Assembly (NCBI GenBank): GCA_000320545.1
Contig: ADNK01001883.1
Span: 42,036-106,035 of the forward strand
Direction: 5' to 3'
Source of the DNA: Bigelowiella natans CCMP2755
Lineage: Eukaryota; Protista; Cercozoa
Length of the DNA: 64,000 nucleotides
The notes under the pieces are model-generated. The model was not told the DNA's origin. It ran no database searches and worked only from the letters and a program-made list of their open reading frames with translations. Positions 38,578 through 52,013 of the stretch are shown one piece after another; position 1 is the stretch's first letter, and each line of letters starts with the position of its first letter. The position numbers were made by a program, and so were the translations under genes.

Positions 38578-39340
38578 CGAAAAGTAGTGATGTATCATGC
38601 ACCCCGTCACTTTTCACCACACATGTATTGGGAGCTGCTAACGGATATCTTGTTTTCGCATTACATGGCTAGAATAAGCAGACTTTCATACAAGAAACAA
38701 GGAGTACACAGTATGTATTACATACGTTCATACAGTGTAAACCGTGTCGATTGGATGGAAATCCACATGAAGCATGCTTGAAATGCCATTCACAAATTGC
38801 ATTATTCGTCACGTGTGTCTTTAAATGAAGAATGTGCATCATGCCTCGTCAAGTGTGAGAAACCAACGCGCATGCATGTAACTTCTGTGCATGTGAGTCT
38901 ATGTTTGACGCACGAAGTTTCTTGACGAAAAATGCACGCATATTTTTTGGTTGCACTTGCTAGCTTGCAAATGATGCACATGACGTTGATAGACGGTGCA
39001 ATTTTGACAATACCAATCTAGCAATGCAACCTAGCAAGCACGTACATGTGAGTTTTATACATGCAATGGAAGCGGTGTACGTAGTACACATGTAATTTGT
39101 ACTCTAAGTGCTGTAGCTGTAGCATTTTCCTTAATAGCGCAGTAAGTTAGGCTCTAGCGCGATCTACAACATACATCTAGGCATGTGTTGTTGAGCTAAC
39201 GAGAGCTTGAGTTAGATAGCGAGAGCGTTGCGACGCCAGCATTGCCTCTAATAATGGGTCATAGCTATAATTGCGGTGCTACGTAAATGTTGTTGGAATG
39301 TTAACGGTCGTATCGTGGTTGCCAAGTAGATAAACAATGT

Positions 39341-40320
39341 TCATTGTTTGGAGAGTATCGATTTCCAGACCCGCGCGCCTTTTAACAAAAATCGCTTCAC
39401 GAATGCATTGACAGCTCCAAAAACTGACCCTCCAGATAATCGCCCTTCTCCACCCTCTTCTCTGACCTGCGCATCGCCCGGAAAAACAAGTTTAGAGGCA
39501 CAGTTAAAGAACATCAATGAATGATGCATCCATCACGATTGTTGTTCATCACCTAGAATCGAAGAAAACTTACATACTTTTTCCTTCTATTATGGTACAA
39601 AACTCCCGATTCTAAATTCTCAGCACCTTTTCGCCATGGTTTTCGGCGCTTGGAGAGGAAGAGTAGTTCATGTTGATCGAAGCGCGCAAGAAATCCTCCA
39701 CCATGGCGGATCGCTTTACGTTCTTTGGCAGCCTGACGTTGGCCTTGCGCTGCATTGCATTGAAGCTGTCTATTTTGGACAAGTAGGGCTGCTTGTGTCG
39801 CCGGTACTCTCCTGACTGAATGTTCTCCCAGTGCCTAACGAAGGTCATCGGATCGTATCTGTATGGTGTGCATATGATCAATCAGTACCAAGCGGGAGAC
39901 TAAACATTCATCGCCACAGATAACCCCCTCGCTTACCTCCTCTCTATCAATGACTTCAATGATAACTCCTCCTCCTCCTCCTATTACTACCACTACTCTT
40001 GCTGCTGTCAATATGGTGTTGACAACTACTACTACGATTATTACTCTAGAATCGAGCTCCTGAGGTTTTTCTTGCCCGATTTGACAGCTCTGCCGCGTTT
40101 CGTGTAGAGTCGTTTGAGCAGGTCCCTGTCCCTGTTTTTGAGTTCCTGAGGGTCCGGTTTGGGTATGAGCGTTCCAATTAAGTTCGGCACCATTGTCGTT
40201 GGCTCCGTTGTCTGCTGCTGGGCTAGTGAGGGCATTCGAACCACTTCTTCTCGCTCTGAACGAAGAAAATAGAGCAGTGGAGAGTGTTTAATAAATTTCG
40301 TGGTGATAGCGATACCCCCC

Positions 40321-40371
<51 letters not shown>

Positions 40372-42447
40372 CCTCTTTCTGTGCGTGTGGAAGGGGTGGG
40401 TGCTGGTCTAGGCGTACCCTCTTCATATTCGATATCTTTTGCTGTTTCTTCACTATCCTCCCTCTCCTCTTCTTCCTGCTGTTGCTGCTGCTGCAGCGCT
40501 AGATGGAAGCTCACGGCCGCTGGGTCAGCCCTTATCGTGTTCTTATCGTAGCCATGCAGTAACCTCAGCGCCTCGAGTGACCGCACTCGGGAGAGGGCCA
40601 CATAGGCCTGGCCACATTCGAATGCGCCTTCAAGCGATACCTCTGCGTTCTCCAGAGTCATGCCTTGGCAGCGATGAATTGTCAGTGCCCAGCCGAGGAT
40701 AAGCGGAAGCTGGTTCCTTGTGAAGACGACCCGCCGTTGCCCCGTCTCTCCGTGCAGGGTTGTGATCTGCCACTCACCCGGCCGCACTTCCATCTCCTCT
40801 CCGCCAACAAACCGCACGACTGGGAGCCGCTGCACAATCAACAAAGGGCGAAGAAACGGTGGTGGTGAATTGTTCGAACTCGGGGGAGGGGGGGGTAGGA
40901 GGAGGAGGAGGATGTGGAGGAGATGGAGTTGAATCATCCTCCCCCTCGCTTTCTCTAGTGTCTCCCCATTTCATACACATCTACTTCCAATTTTCGATTC
41001 CATTGCTACTACTACTACTACTACTACTACTACTATCGGCCATGACTACTATTACTACCAGAGAGGGCGTAATATGGTGCCAAGTTTCCGGCTCAGATTC
41101 CCCCCAAATACGGCGATCGCTATCATTGCTGCTACTACTATTGGTTCCACCCCATTTCCGCTTTATCCTTTTCTTTCTGTTCCGATTATCTGGAGGAGGA
41201 GAGACAGGCACATGCTCTCGGAAGCCGACGACGACTCCCCGTGCACCATTCACCAGCCCAAGCTCCGGGTTTAAGTTTCGGGTAAGCAATACCTGTTGTT
41301 GTTATTGTTATTGTTGTTGTTGTTGATGATGATGATGATGATGCTGTTGTTGTTGTTGTTGCAGGGGTGGGGGTGTAGTTAAATATTGAGGGTGTTTGAA
41401 TATATCTGCCCCCCAATGACCAAGCACCGACCTGCGCCCCGATTTTGAGCTTTAAAGAGGATGCAACGGGCGAGCTTTCGACGAGCTCCTCCAGAAGATG
41501 TCCTTCATTTGCAAATTCTGTCTTGGTCTCGTCGTACGCCGTGAACTCTTCGACAGATCCAGGAAGGGTGTCTAGCCTCATGGCATTGAATTCGTTTACT
41601 TGTGCACGAGTTGCGTAAACACGTGTCGGTTCGATGGAGGAGGAAGAGGAGGAGGAGGAGGAGGAGGAGGAGGAGGAGGAGGAGGAGGAGGAGGGGGAGG
41701 AAATGCCATCAACTTCTTGTCCCCCCCCTCCGTTGGCCATCGCCATGCGTTGCAGGAGGGTGTCCGTGAACGATGAGACAACGCCGAAGCGCAGCTCTTC
41801 TAGCATGCGGGAGAGGGTCGAATCGCCAGCCGCACGCACATTGGAGCTTAGGCTGAAAGCATAAGGAACGGCCTTGGGCCACGACACGGCTTGGAAGGCG
41901 TATCCCCTCTCGTGGTTCGCGTTACCAAAGTTCAATAATCCCTGTGCGAAGGAAGGAGGGGGAAGGGTGGGAGATGGCATGGCTGATGGCATTGGTAGCA
42001 TGCCTGAGTTGTGATTGCCTGGAGTGCTGCTGCTGCTGAGGCGGAATGTACTGGCAGCTGCCCTGGCATCCAAAGCAAACTTCTCGTCGGATGCAGTCCG
42101 AGGACTGCCTACGACGCGTTGCTGCCGCTGCTGTTGCTGCTGCTCCTGCTGATGATGATGTTGATCGTGATTATTGTGATGATGATGAAGCAATTGTAGC
42201 TCTGGTTGCATGCCGTGCTGTGAGAGCTGCTGCTGCTGCTGACTCGACACTGGTGGGAGCTGCAGGAAGTCTCCAGTAAGCACCAGCTGAATGCCCCCGA
42301 ACGGTTCCGAAGTCTCACGAATCTCGCGCGATATGAGCTCAAGCACATCAAAGGTCTCGGCGTCTACCATCGAAATCTCATCGATGATTAGCACGCGCGC
42401 GGAACGCCATCTAATCGCCAGAGAAGGGATATGTTCAGAGAAATAGA

Positions 42448-42492
<45 letters not shown>

Positions 42493-42508
42493 CATATTTT
42501 GAAAGATG

Positions 42509-42552
<44 letters not shown>

Positions 42553-43726
42553 GGGGCGGGCAGAAGATGGTATCTCTTAGTTGTCATAAAAGTAGTAGTT
42601 CACATGACGAACAGTATCTCTTAGTTGTCGTAAAAGTAGTAGTTCACATGACGAACATGAGAAACCAAACCTGTGTGCAGATTCGGGCCGCCTTGCTCTG
42701 CGAAGAAGATCATGCGTGCTTGCCCCTTGCCGTAGACCCTAATTGGACAAAGACAGTAGATATGTAATAATGGGAAATGGCACTACATAGTTCGTGTGCG
42801 GGATGCATTCATGGCTTTACGTATTTCCTGGCACACCAGCAAATCAGATGATAAGACAAATCGAACTTACCATTCCAATTCCCGCGAAGGAGTGCAATGT
42901 CGTACCACCGATTTGAACCGCAGCTCGACCTGCGAAGAAGTCGAATAATTATCATTTATTCTCCAACATTAACCGTGTTCTCCACTATTGCTTTCTTCAT
43001 TTATTTAATCCCATTGCCTTAACATTGATCATTCCTTCATCCTCCCCCCCATAGATAATAATATCACCTGTAGAAGCTGTGACATAAGTTCCCGATGGAG
43101 GGAGCGCTTCAATTATCCTGTGCAGTAAGTGAGACTTTCCGGTACCTACCAAATGAGAAGGTTATTTGTGTAGGTTGTGATAACGAGGGCTAGTCCTCTT
43201 GAGCGGGTGACGGCAATAAATCAAAATGCCGATTCCATTAAGAGTGCAGAACACGTTTGGATGGGTTGTTGAGACAGAAGCAGCAGTTGGCAAAGGATGA
43301 AAATGTGTTCCATATTTTCGGTTGGTTATTTCAGTTGGAATCACCTGCAGCTCCGGTGAAGAAGATGCTGCGACCCTCAAGGACGTTTTTCAAAACCTAT
43401 ACAGAACAATGATCCCTAAGTAAATGTCTTACTCGAAAGGCCCATAATCCGAAGAACAGAAAAAAAATTATTCTCTGTCGTCATCTTTCAAGTCGATTAT
43501 CGGGCGGAGAGACCTTCATTTGCTCCTCGGTGAGTCCCTCCTCTAGGTAACTCGGCGAGGAGAACGTCTGAAAGATAATGATGGATGATGATGACGACCA
43601 CATTCATGCACATATTTCATTTGTAACAACTTTAAAAGATAGCCGTCTCAATCCCCTTTGATTCAAGGACCTCCCCAATCGTATCCGATGGCGCACGACC
43701 CATCGTCTCGGGCCGCACGCCATCAT
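39341..43726 (-). CDS. PIF1: PIF1-family SF1B 5'-3' DNA helicase with predicted mitochondrial presequence, multi-exon
   Basis: Spliced [20 protein letters not shown] (Walker A), [105 protein letters not shown]. The 3' end is tentative. Confidence 0.92.
42570..42657. repeat. 44-bp tandem duplication in a PIF1 intron
   Basis: GTATCTCTTAGTTGTC(A/G)TAAAAGTAGTAGTTCACATGACGAACA occurs twice with one mismatch. Confidence 0.85.
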
Positions 43727-44038
43727 CGTCGCCTCCTTCGTTCAGAGTTCAAATCAAAAGGAAATTAGCGAGTTTGTCCTGCGACAATTCCAAAATCGTA
43801 TTTTCAGTGGATATTCTAGGCCTTTTTCTTTTCCTTAGAGTTCAGGCTTTCAATTTTAATTCGCCCACCAGACGGGAAGTACCGGTTTTCCGCGATTAAT
43901 TTCCGTCAGTGGCAGCTGGATAGGAGCTGGAGGAAATTTCTGGCGAGTTCCAGGTTTACGCATAAAAAGAAAGTTCAGAATTCATTGCCTTCGGAATAAT
44001 AAATCCATCCACGTAAAAAAGAGCTGCCCGTGGGAAGA

Positions 44039-45160
44039 ATGCGATACATCCGGCCACGCATACTTTTATTCAACGGGGAAGGCGCTGCTGTGCACAAATA
44101 TGCAAGGGCGATCGTGGCACAGCTCCAGAAGGATGGAAAATGCTCCGTCATTACGATGGATCACATTCCCACCGAGCTCATCACACACTTCGATGCGGTG
44201 ATATTCCCAGGGGGGTCAGCAAGGACTCAGAGTGAAACAATTGGGAGAGGGGGGAGGGAGAAGATTATTGAGTTTGTGAAGAATGGCGGAGGTTATCTTG
44301 GCATCTGTGCCGGAGCATACCTTGGATCAAGTGTTGGATACGGCCTTAGCCTACTGGACATTAAACCGTGGTCGTACCGCTTGTGGGACAGGGGAGAATG
44401 GCTTACTGGAAAAGTCGATGTGCAGATATCTCTTGATTATAGATCTACTTCAAATTCTACCGCCAAATTTTCACAAAACAGTTTACTTCACATGTTATTA
44501 GCTGGTGTGTTTTCTCTTGGGCTAGTCGTCTGTTTGCAGCTTCCTTCGATAGCATTTCTGTCGTATCTCCTTCTCAGTTTTTGCCTCCTTGTTTACATCT
44601 TCAAAACTATATTCATGCTTGTAGAAGCGCAATCTTTGCGTTTTACAGTCACCGAGAATCACCGCGTTAACTTCAGCAACGGGGCATTGTTCGATGTTCC
44701 TGCATGTAAAAGTGTATTGGTTCACCCAATCGGTATAATTACCAAAGGCATTGGCCTTAAAGCTCAACGAAATGGTATGGAAAACAAAGCTACAATTGTG
44801 GCAGGAGATTGTGGAAAGGGTAAGGTGGTTCTGTGCGGAGTTCACCCCGAGAAAGACTTGCCGAATCTTTCCAAAGTGCTTTGGAATCTCTTGCAAGGTG
44901 TCATACCAACAAAGCTGGAGAATCGAGAGACAAAAAGAGAAGGGAGTCATTGCACCTGTTGTAAATGCATACCTACATCGGAAAGTGTTCGAAAGACTCA
45001 ACATGAGAAACGCAAAGCGTTCAGGGAGCTGGTAGATGCGATTGAAGAAAGATGGCTGGATGACCGTGATGCACAACCTGATTCGGAGCCTCTCACTTCA
45101 GCACTAATGATGCGGATGAGGACAAGGTGGATTCAGGAGGCCTTGATTAAGTCTAAATAG
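44039..45160 (+). CDS. Intronless BPL_N-like (class I glutamine amidotransferase fold) protein with an internal hydrophobic hairpin
   Basis: DAVIFPGGS..Q...G..GREKIIEFVKNGGGYLGICAGAYLG and GKGKVVLCGVHPE are BPL_N/GATase1 signatures with Cys and His-x-Glu present. First ATG at 44039. Confidence 0.8.
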   Translation: MRYIRPRILLFNGEGAAVHKYARAIVAQLQKDGKCSVITMDHIPTELITHFDAVIFPGGSARTQSETIGRGGREKIIEFVKNGGGYLGICAGAYLGSSVGYGLSLLDIKPWSYRLWDRGEWLTGKVDVQISLDYRSTSNSTAKFSQNSLLHMLLAGVFSLGLVVCLQLPSIAFLSYLLLSFCLLVYIFKTIFMLVEAQSLRFTVTENHRVNFSNGALFDVPACKSVLVHPIGIITKGIGLKAQRNGMENKATIVAGDCGKGKVVLCGVHPEKDLPNLSKVLWNLLQGVIPTKLENRETKREGSHCTCCKCIPTSESVRKTQHEKRKAFRELVDAIEERWLDDRDAQPDSEPLTSALMMRMRTRWIQEALIKSK

Positions 45161-46649
45161 TACGTGAAGTCGTAAGTGTCAGAGGAGGCTGCCCTTAACC
45201 TGTCGATTTCGCGTATGATTATGGCCTAGTGCAGATATCTAGATATTTGTATGCTAAAACTAATGAACACAATGAGCATATTTAGATTTGAATGTCAGCG
45301 TACATTTTTAACGTACAACTTTTCATATGTACGTGAAGCGCATTGAACATTAATGTCTTGCTTTTTAGTCCTCTGCTAGACTGCTGCAAGTCATTTAATA
45401 TGTAGGTGTGAAACACACATACAGAGAAAAATGAGTAATCGTAGAAGCAGCTATCAAAGCGGAGAAATCATCTAGACCATCTCTATTGAGTGGCAGGCTT
45501 ATGTTTACGAGCACGTCACACAATAATACTGGCATAGTTCCGATTCATATGTAGCGCAGCTGACGCATACATGCATATGTAGCTTAGCGCGCGTCGCCGA
45601 TCATCAGATATGCGTGAGTGCATATGGATCGTGGACAGTGCTGCCATTATTACACATATGCAGCAGCAGCTAGCCTGCAGACCATTGCAGTCATTCTGCA
45701 GCGCCCTACCTCTGCCACTTATGATGACAACAACGACAATGACGTGCACACATCAATCTAGCTACGATGCGCTAGCCATGCAGACCACGTGAACATCATC
45801 GTTCATTATCTAGTTATGTTCGCTCATCATTGCAGCTACTCTGTCCCATGCTAGTGCTATGCAGCCATTCGACTCGCATGCGAAGCTCTAGGTGAGCCTG
45901 TAGGCTATAATGGCTGTCTAGATGTGGCAATTCAATGCGAATCTAGAAATTGTCGCTTGTGGAACATGCGTCCAGCCACACAATATCATAACGCGCCTGC
46001 ATGTAGTAGCTAGCACTGAGTCTCACTATATCACATGTGATAGGCGCGTCTAGATCTGGCGCCATGCTATGCATAGATCCACTCTCGTGTTCATGTTATT
46101 GTGAACGATACTACGAAACTGCTGACGATGCGTGTTATTTGTACGTGCGCTAGCAAGGTTAACTAGCGGACGCACAAAAATGCACGCACGAGAGGTACAC
46201 GAGTACACGATTAGCATATCTTATCGTATCACAGCGGCCATGCTTAGCTTGACGCGAACACGTCGTGTGATGTGCCATATTGATGTGGACATAAAATTGA
46301 AGAAAATGAATCAAGAAATACGTTCAAAATTAAAGTAAATTTGTACACAATAATATACACTAGACGGCTTGGTTTTTCATCACATCTAGTGCAAGACATG
46401 AAACTTCAGACACTTTTCAGGAACAAAATTATGGGAAAAGAGGCCTCACCAATTAATTATTAACACAATCTACTAAAGTAGCGTAACGAGTGATGCCATG
46501 CTAACAATTTTATGAATAATGAAAAAGATGATGAAACCGCTGTTCTGACTTAAAGTGATTTAACTTGCGCATGACCCAACGCGCTCTTTCGCACAGTTTG
46601 TATCGGCCTATTATCCTGGGAGATATTTTCAATATCTTGTTTTATTTGA

Positions 46650-48625
46650 TCATGTTTGAGTACTTTCCGGGGTGAGACTGGGTCTGAAATAGTTTTGTAG
46701 AACAACATTATAATTGAAAGGGTATAATTGTAAGATATGAATGCTATGTACCTGCACGTATGTAATCCAACACAGAAGGATGGATGAGATACTGAACGTC
46801 TGGCTTTTCCCAGCTTGTCTCGCTTGTGTAGACATTGTAAAAGTACGGTATCCTATGTATGTTAGATAAAGTATGTGAGCGATCGATTTTGCATCTATAT
46901 TGTTATCGCTCTGATAATTTTCCCTGATTATGATTGTTAGCCAAATTTCTTTTCGTTTCGATAAAGAAAGCATTAGGTAGATAGAGAAATTTTTGAGACC
47001 CTGAATGTTGATCGACGTATTGAACCCACAAATTTGTCGTGTCGGCATTCCAGCTTGAATTTTCTATGATACGAGGCTCTGTTATAAACTGCGATGACGT
47101 AATTTTCTCTCCTCCAGCATTGCTTAAGCATGTTTGTCCCATCTCCACGCCTAAAATTGAAACAGTAGTGTCACCATTAGTTCGAGCGGTTGCGGGGTGC
47201 AGTGTATAACTTCAATTTATAGTTGAAAAAATCTTCGGAGCACTTTGTAAAAAAAAAATCAGTATACAAAATTGTAGTAATAGATGCAGATCCTTTCACC
47301 CTTATGCTTAATTGACTGTGTAAAGTGTCAATTGCTTCGAAAGGACAGTTTCGAAAAGTGCGAAGATGACATTCAGGTGCGAGATTTCTATAATATTTTG
47401 GGATTCCCGAGTATTTTATCGAACGAAGTACTTCGTGTAGATGTATATCACCTCGTTTGTCTTTGCTAATTCCCAAAGTCGTATAGAAAAGGGGGGGAGG
47501 GTTGCTTGCTCGCTAGCTTGATCTGACACAATCTTTCTGTTGAAATTATTTTGAATTTCAAGTGAATTATAAAGAATTTACACCATGCGACAGAATATTT
47601 CTTTCCGAATTGAATAATCTCGTAAGCGTGAAGCACGTTGGGCACCGGATGAATGTTCTTACCAAACGACTTTATTATTGAATAAGATCTTGTGTTTTCC
47701 AGAAATATCCCATCTTGCCCTAAATTTATAACTTTTGGGAGTAACGACTTCCAGCATATGAAGATTCGTTACAGAATTAGATATGATTCAACATGTACAA
47801 ACATGTAAAGGTCCATGAAATGTTCCTTGATTTTACTTCGACAAACTCGCAGCATCATCTGTTTTTTGATGAAAGTGCCCAACAAAATCTCTAGAAATGG
47901 ATTTCGGGATATTACCTTAAAAAAATATAGAAAAGGATCCAAAATAGAAAGTTTGAAACGCAAGCTATTTTTTCAAATTAAAGGTAGATTAGGTGGGGTA
48001 AGTGCATTAGAGGGGTATTCGGAGAAAGCATGCTTCGAACACATCCCTCTCAGATTTGCTGGATTTAAAAAAACGGGCAGACTGATGTAGAACTCTTTCA
48101 TTTGGGGAATTATTTGTATGATTTTTACTCTGATTTCAGCCTATTTATGTAAAATTAGAGGTTCATATATGTACACATACTTCAGATTCTGTCCAAATAT
48201 CAACGGCCGGCCCGACTCGGAGAAAAATTTCAGAAATGACATCCTTCAACAGGAGTATCGAAATCCCAAGATTGTAAGCTAATATTTTTCTGCGACATCC
48301 TATGTGACAGAATGCGGTCAAAATTTTGCCCTTGATCGTACAGGCTCCGATGAGATTTGTAGAAGGATTAATTTTGGCCAGAAGGCTTGGAAGCCTGTAT
48401 AAATGCTTGTGCGACACGTGCCTTATCTTGACGCAGGCACCCATTTCCAGTTCATCTCTGCTCAGACAACCGAGAACTTACCAGCCGTACTTCTTTTAAA
48501 ACCAAATCGATCAACCCGTGTTCTTGTTGAATCCTTTCCGCATCTGAGAAGGTCCACCTTATATTAGATATTAGAGGGGCACCAATTCGAAGGGGGCAGA
48601 TAGTCTTTGGGGAAAAAGCCTCCAT
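46650..48625 (-). CDS. Putative multi-exon gene of unknown function
   Basis: ATG at 48625 opens MEAFSPKTICPLRIGAPLISNIRWTFSDAERIQQEHGLIDLVLKEVRL, ending at a GTAAGT donor. Further exon-like segments with GT/AG flanks extend to ~46650. I could not build a full model or recognise a domain. Confidence 0.35.
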
Positions 48626-48722
48626 TAAAGAGAGAGGGTTGTTATCGCATCGTTTGTATCTCCCACATTCGGAACTTTCTAGTTAGGAGCGATTGCTGAA
48701 TAAGAGTATCAACACAAAAGAC

Positions 48723-49817
48723 ATGTTGCACTCGCATCGATGCTTCCGTCGCGTTCTACAGCAGCGGCTTACTAAAGGTAGGAATCTCTATGTACTACCT
48801 ACAACTTTATCAAATGCAAGTGTCACATTGTCATTCTTTAATTAGCCTCCGGCCTTAGCTGGCAGCTCCGACAATACAATCTTGGGACGAATGAGTAAGT
48901 TTATGCGACAGCAAGAAAGAAAAAAGCTGCACACCCTTCGTTGTATTTTCCCGCGTTCATGAAATATGGAATTCATATGATTAAAAACCCGAATCCTTGC
49001 AGGTATCACGAAAGCTTGAAGGATCTTCCACCCGTGGACCGCAACAGCTTGCGCGACTCTGCCATTAAGTATTTAGAGGAGTTCGACCATAAAACCTGGT
49101 ACGACGACCCAATCCGAACCATCATCAAAGGAAGCGACTACAGGTAAAATAAAGTTCTTTGTGTGCTGTGTATTGGGTACCGCAGACATATTTGAACATC
49201 AACAAAAACTCAAAATGCTTTGTTTGTCAGCAAAAATGGAAAAGTCATCGAGACAATCAATGCATTTGAGGAGGCAAACGGTTCTCAGATCGTGTCCTCC
49301 GAGGACACCGTGGAATCTATCGTAGCCCACCTTCAAAGCTTTAAGCCTTCCCAATTAGACAACCGTGACAAAGCACGCGAGATTGAAAGAGAGCTCTTTG
49401 GCCCTTTGGTGTGATTCTGCGTAAGAGAGGGGATGTGGACTGGGAGAAATTGGGAGTAGATACTAGAGTTGAGAAGGAGGACAAGCAGTGTGAAAGGAGA
49501 TACGATTAGGATGAGTTGAATCTATACATATGTGCATGTATATGTGTGTCCAGGTATCCATTCAGATTATGCGTTTTCTGTGCTTAATGTTTAGGCTGGC
49601 GCTTTGATCGGGAACCAGGCCCTCGATTTTAAAAAACAGGATGGGATTACTGAGATTGAAGAGGTTGGAAATTCTCTCTATCTCCCCTCTTCTTCTCCAC
49701 CTCTTCTGCTGTATCGGCGTCTTTCCACGTGTTGTGCGTAGTTGGTCATTTGGCCCCGTGTATAATAATATTATAACGATACTCACGTTGTTGGTGTGAA
49801 TGTAAATGTAGACCTAT

Positions 49818-49867
<50 letters not shown>

Positions 49868-50854
49868 CTACACAAGTCACAACTTCTTCGCCAATGAACA
49901 TCTATTAGGCTCTGGAGGCAGGGGCCGTGGAGCGCAAGATGAATGATATGCTGTTTGAAGATGAGAGAAATGGAAAAGTTGTGATCAGTCGCGAGCCAGC
50001 ATTCGTGAGCTGTGTGAGCAACTTCAGTAACTTCTTGGACCTCTCTAGAAAGGTGTAGCACGACAATAAAGTTTTTATCATCTCTCGAATTGCAGCAGAT
50101 GTCAAAATAGATGCATTCTCCCACCGACTCCTACAGCTCCACTTTTGTTTGTGAATTTCCATCAATCATGTCGCCAAATAAAAAATGAGAACAAAATACT
50201 GTCGATTCCGTGGCTTTAGGCATAGTAGCATCTTCATACATTGTTTAATAAGCACTGCTTTGTACTCTAGTAGTGATTGATAAATAATTAGAAGCACCAT
50301 ATTTAAGAACGACAACACCAAAGGTGCTAAGGAATATCGAATTGGGGGTTCCAGTTGTGATTCTTTCACGATCAAACACGACGCAGCACATGTTTCGCTG
50401 GGCACAGCTCCTGCTGAATCTCATGCACACGGTATTCGGTATAGATGTTGGAGAAGAGTAGGACATATTCTGGCACATAGAAGCAACGATAGAGCAGAGA
50501 AATGATTAGCTTTCTCTGGAAGCCATGAAGCGACAAATAACGAATGTTATACAAATATGTACATACAGACAGGGAAGGGAAGAGAGAGATAAAGGGAAAG
50601 AAAAGGAGAGGCATTACGATTATCACACGTATCAACCGATGACAGTGATAAGGGTGATGATGACGACGATAACGATGTCGATGTATCTGTAGCATGATCT
50701 GGATCTAGGCCTCGTGACCTACGCGTCTTGCGACATAGAACAGCAGAAGAAGCTCTTTTCCCACTATCCGACCTCCCCAATTTACTTCACAGGCAGTCGA
50801 GAGGTAGAGAAGATGACGAGAGCGGGCTTTATTTAATAGTTCATAGTTGTCCAC

Positions 50855-50931
<77 letters not shown>

Positions 50932-51936
50932 TATTATAATAAATATGACTACTGCATATAGGTGGCAAAAGCGCTCAAGACAATGCTTCCCAACACGTTT
51001 TCAAGCACTGGTGGCCCCAACACCCTCGTCTCAAAGGTCTTTGATGCAGGGGTCGAGGAGGCGCTACGGACCAGCGCACGTACGTGTCGTGCGAAGAGCT
51101 ATCAGCGAAAACTTACTCTTCTTTTCCTCTCCATTTCTAGTAACACTGTATGCCTTTCACATGCATAAGTGATTGCTTCAAATTCTCTACATTTATTTTC
51201 TTTACGTGTGTGGTTATCACGGTGGGCAGTGATTGAAAACTCAGGCCAGTGTACAGCTCTTCGGCACGCAGTCCTTCCCCGCGTATCAGAGCAAGAGGTG
51301 CAACAGCAGCATAGCATATAGATAACATATTGTAAAACAATCAATACAGAGAAAAACCGTTGATTTGGTCTAATAGGTTCATAGCCTGTAGTATTCACCA
51401 TCTTCGTCCTTAGAATTACTATCCATGCAGGTCCATGACATGTTCTCAAAAGGCGTGTCGACGGTGAAGTGTGAATTAGAAGCAATCAGTAACGGTAGCT
51501 GTGCGAGCCTATTTGAGACCAAGAAGCAAACGCCAACTCGAGGCTACAAGAATCACTCCACCTTCGCCATAGAGTCAGTCAACCTTCCGAATCTTTGTGA
51601 ACCTAAGTTATTATCACAGCCTTTTCAACCGCATCGTTGATTTAATGCTCATGCAGAGACTGAATCAAAGCGATTTCCTCGGTTGTACCATTTATAGGGA
51701 AACTCTATTTCGGACCTTATCTACACTACACTATGCGACACAAAGTTCATCACAAAAACAGCAAGAGAACGCTTACAACTCTGATTAAAATATTAGGTAT
51801 AAGGTGGACCGCGACTTACCGGTGGAGATAGAGGAACATTGGCGAAAGTACTACTCAATAGAAAACACAGAGTACACATCACATGCATATCGGAAAGCAT
51901 GACAAACATCCCAGTTATCGCCTCTCTAGGAGTAAT

Positions 51937-52013
<77 letters not shown>

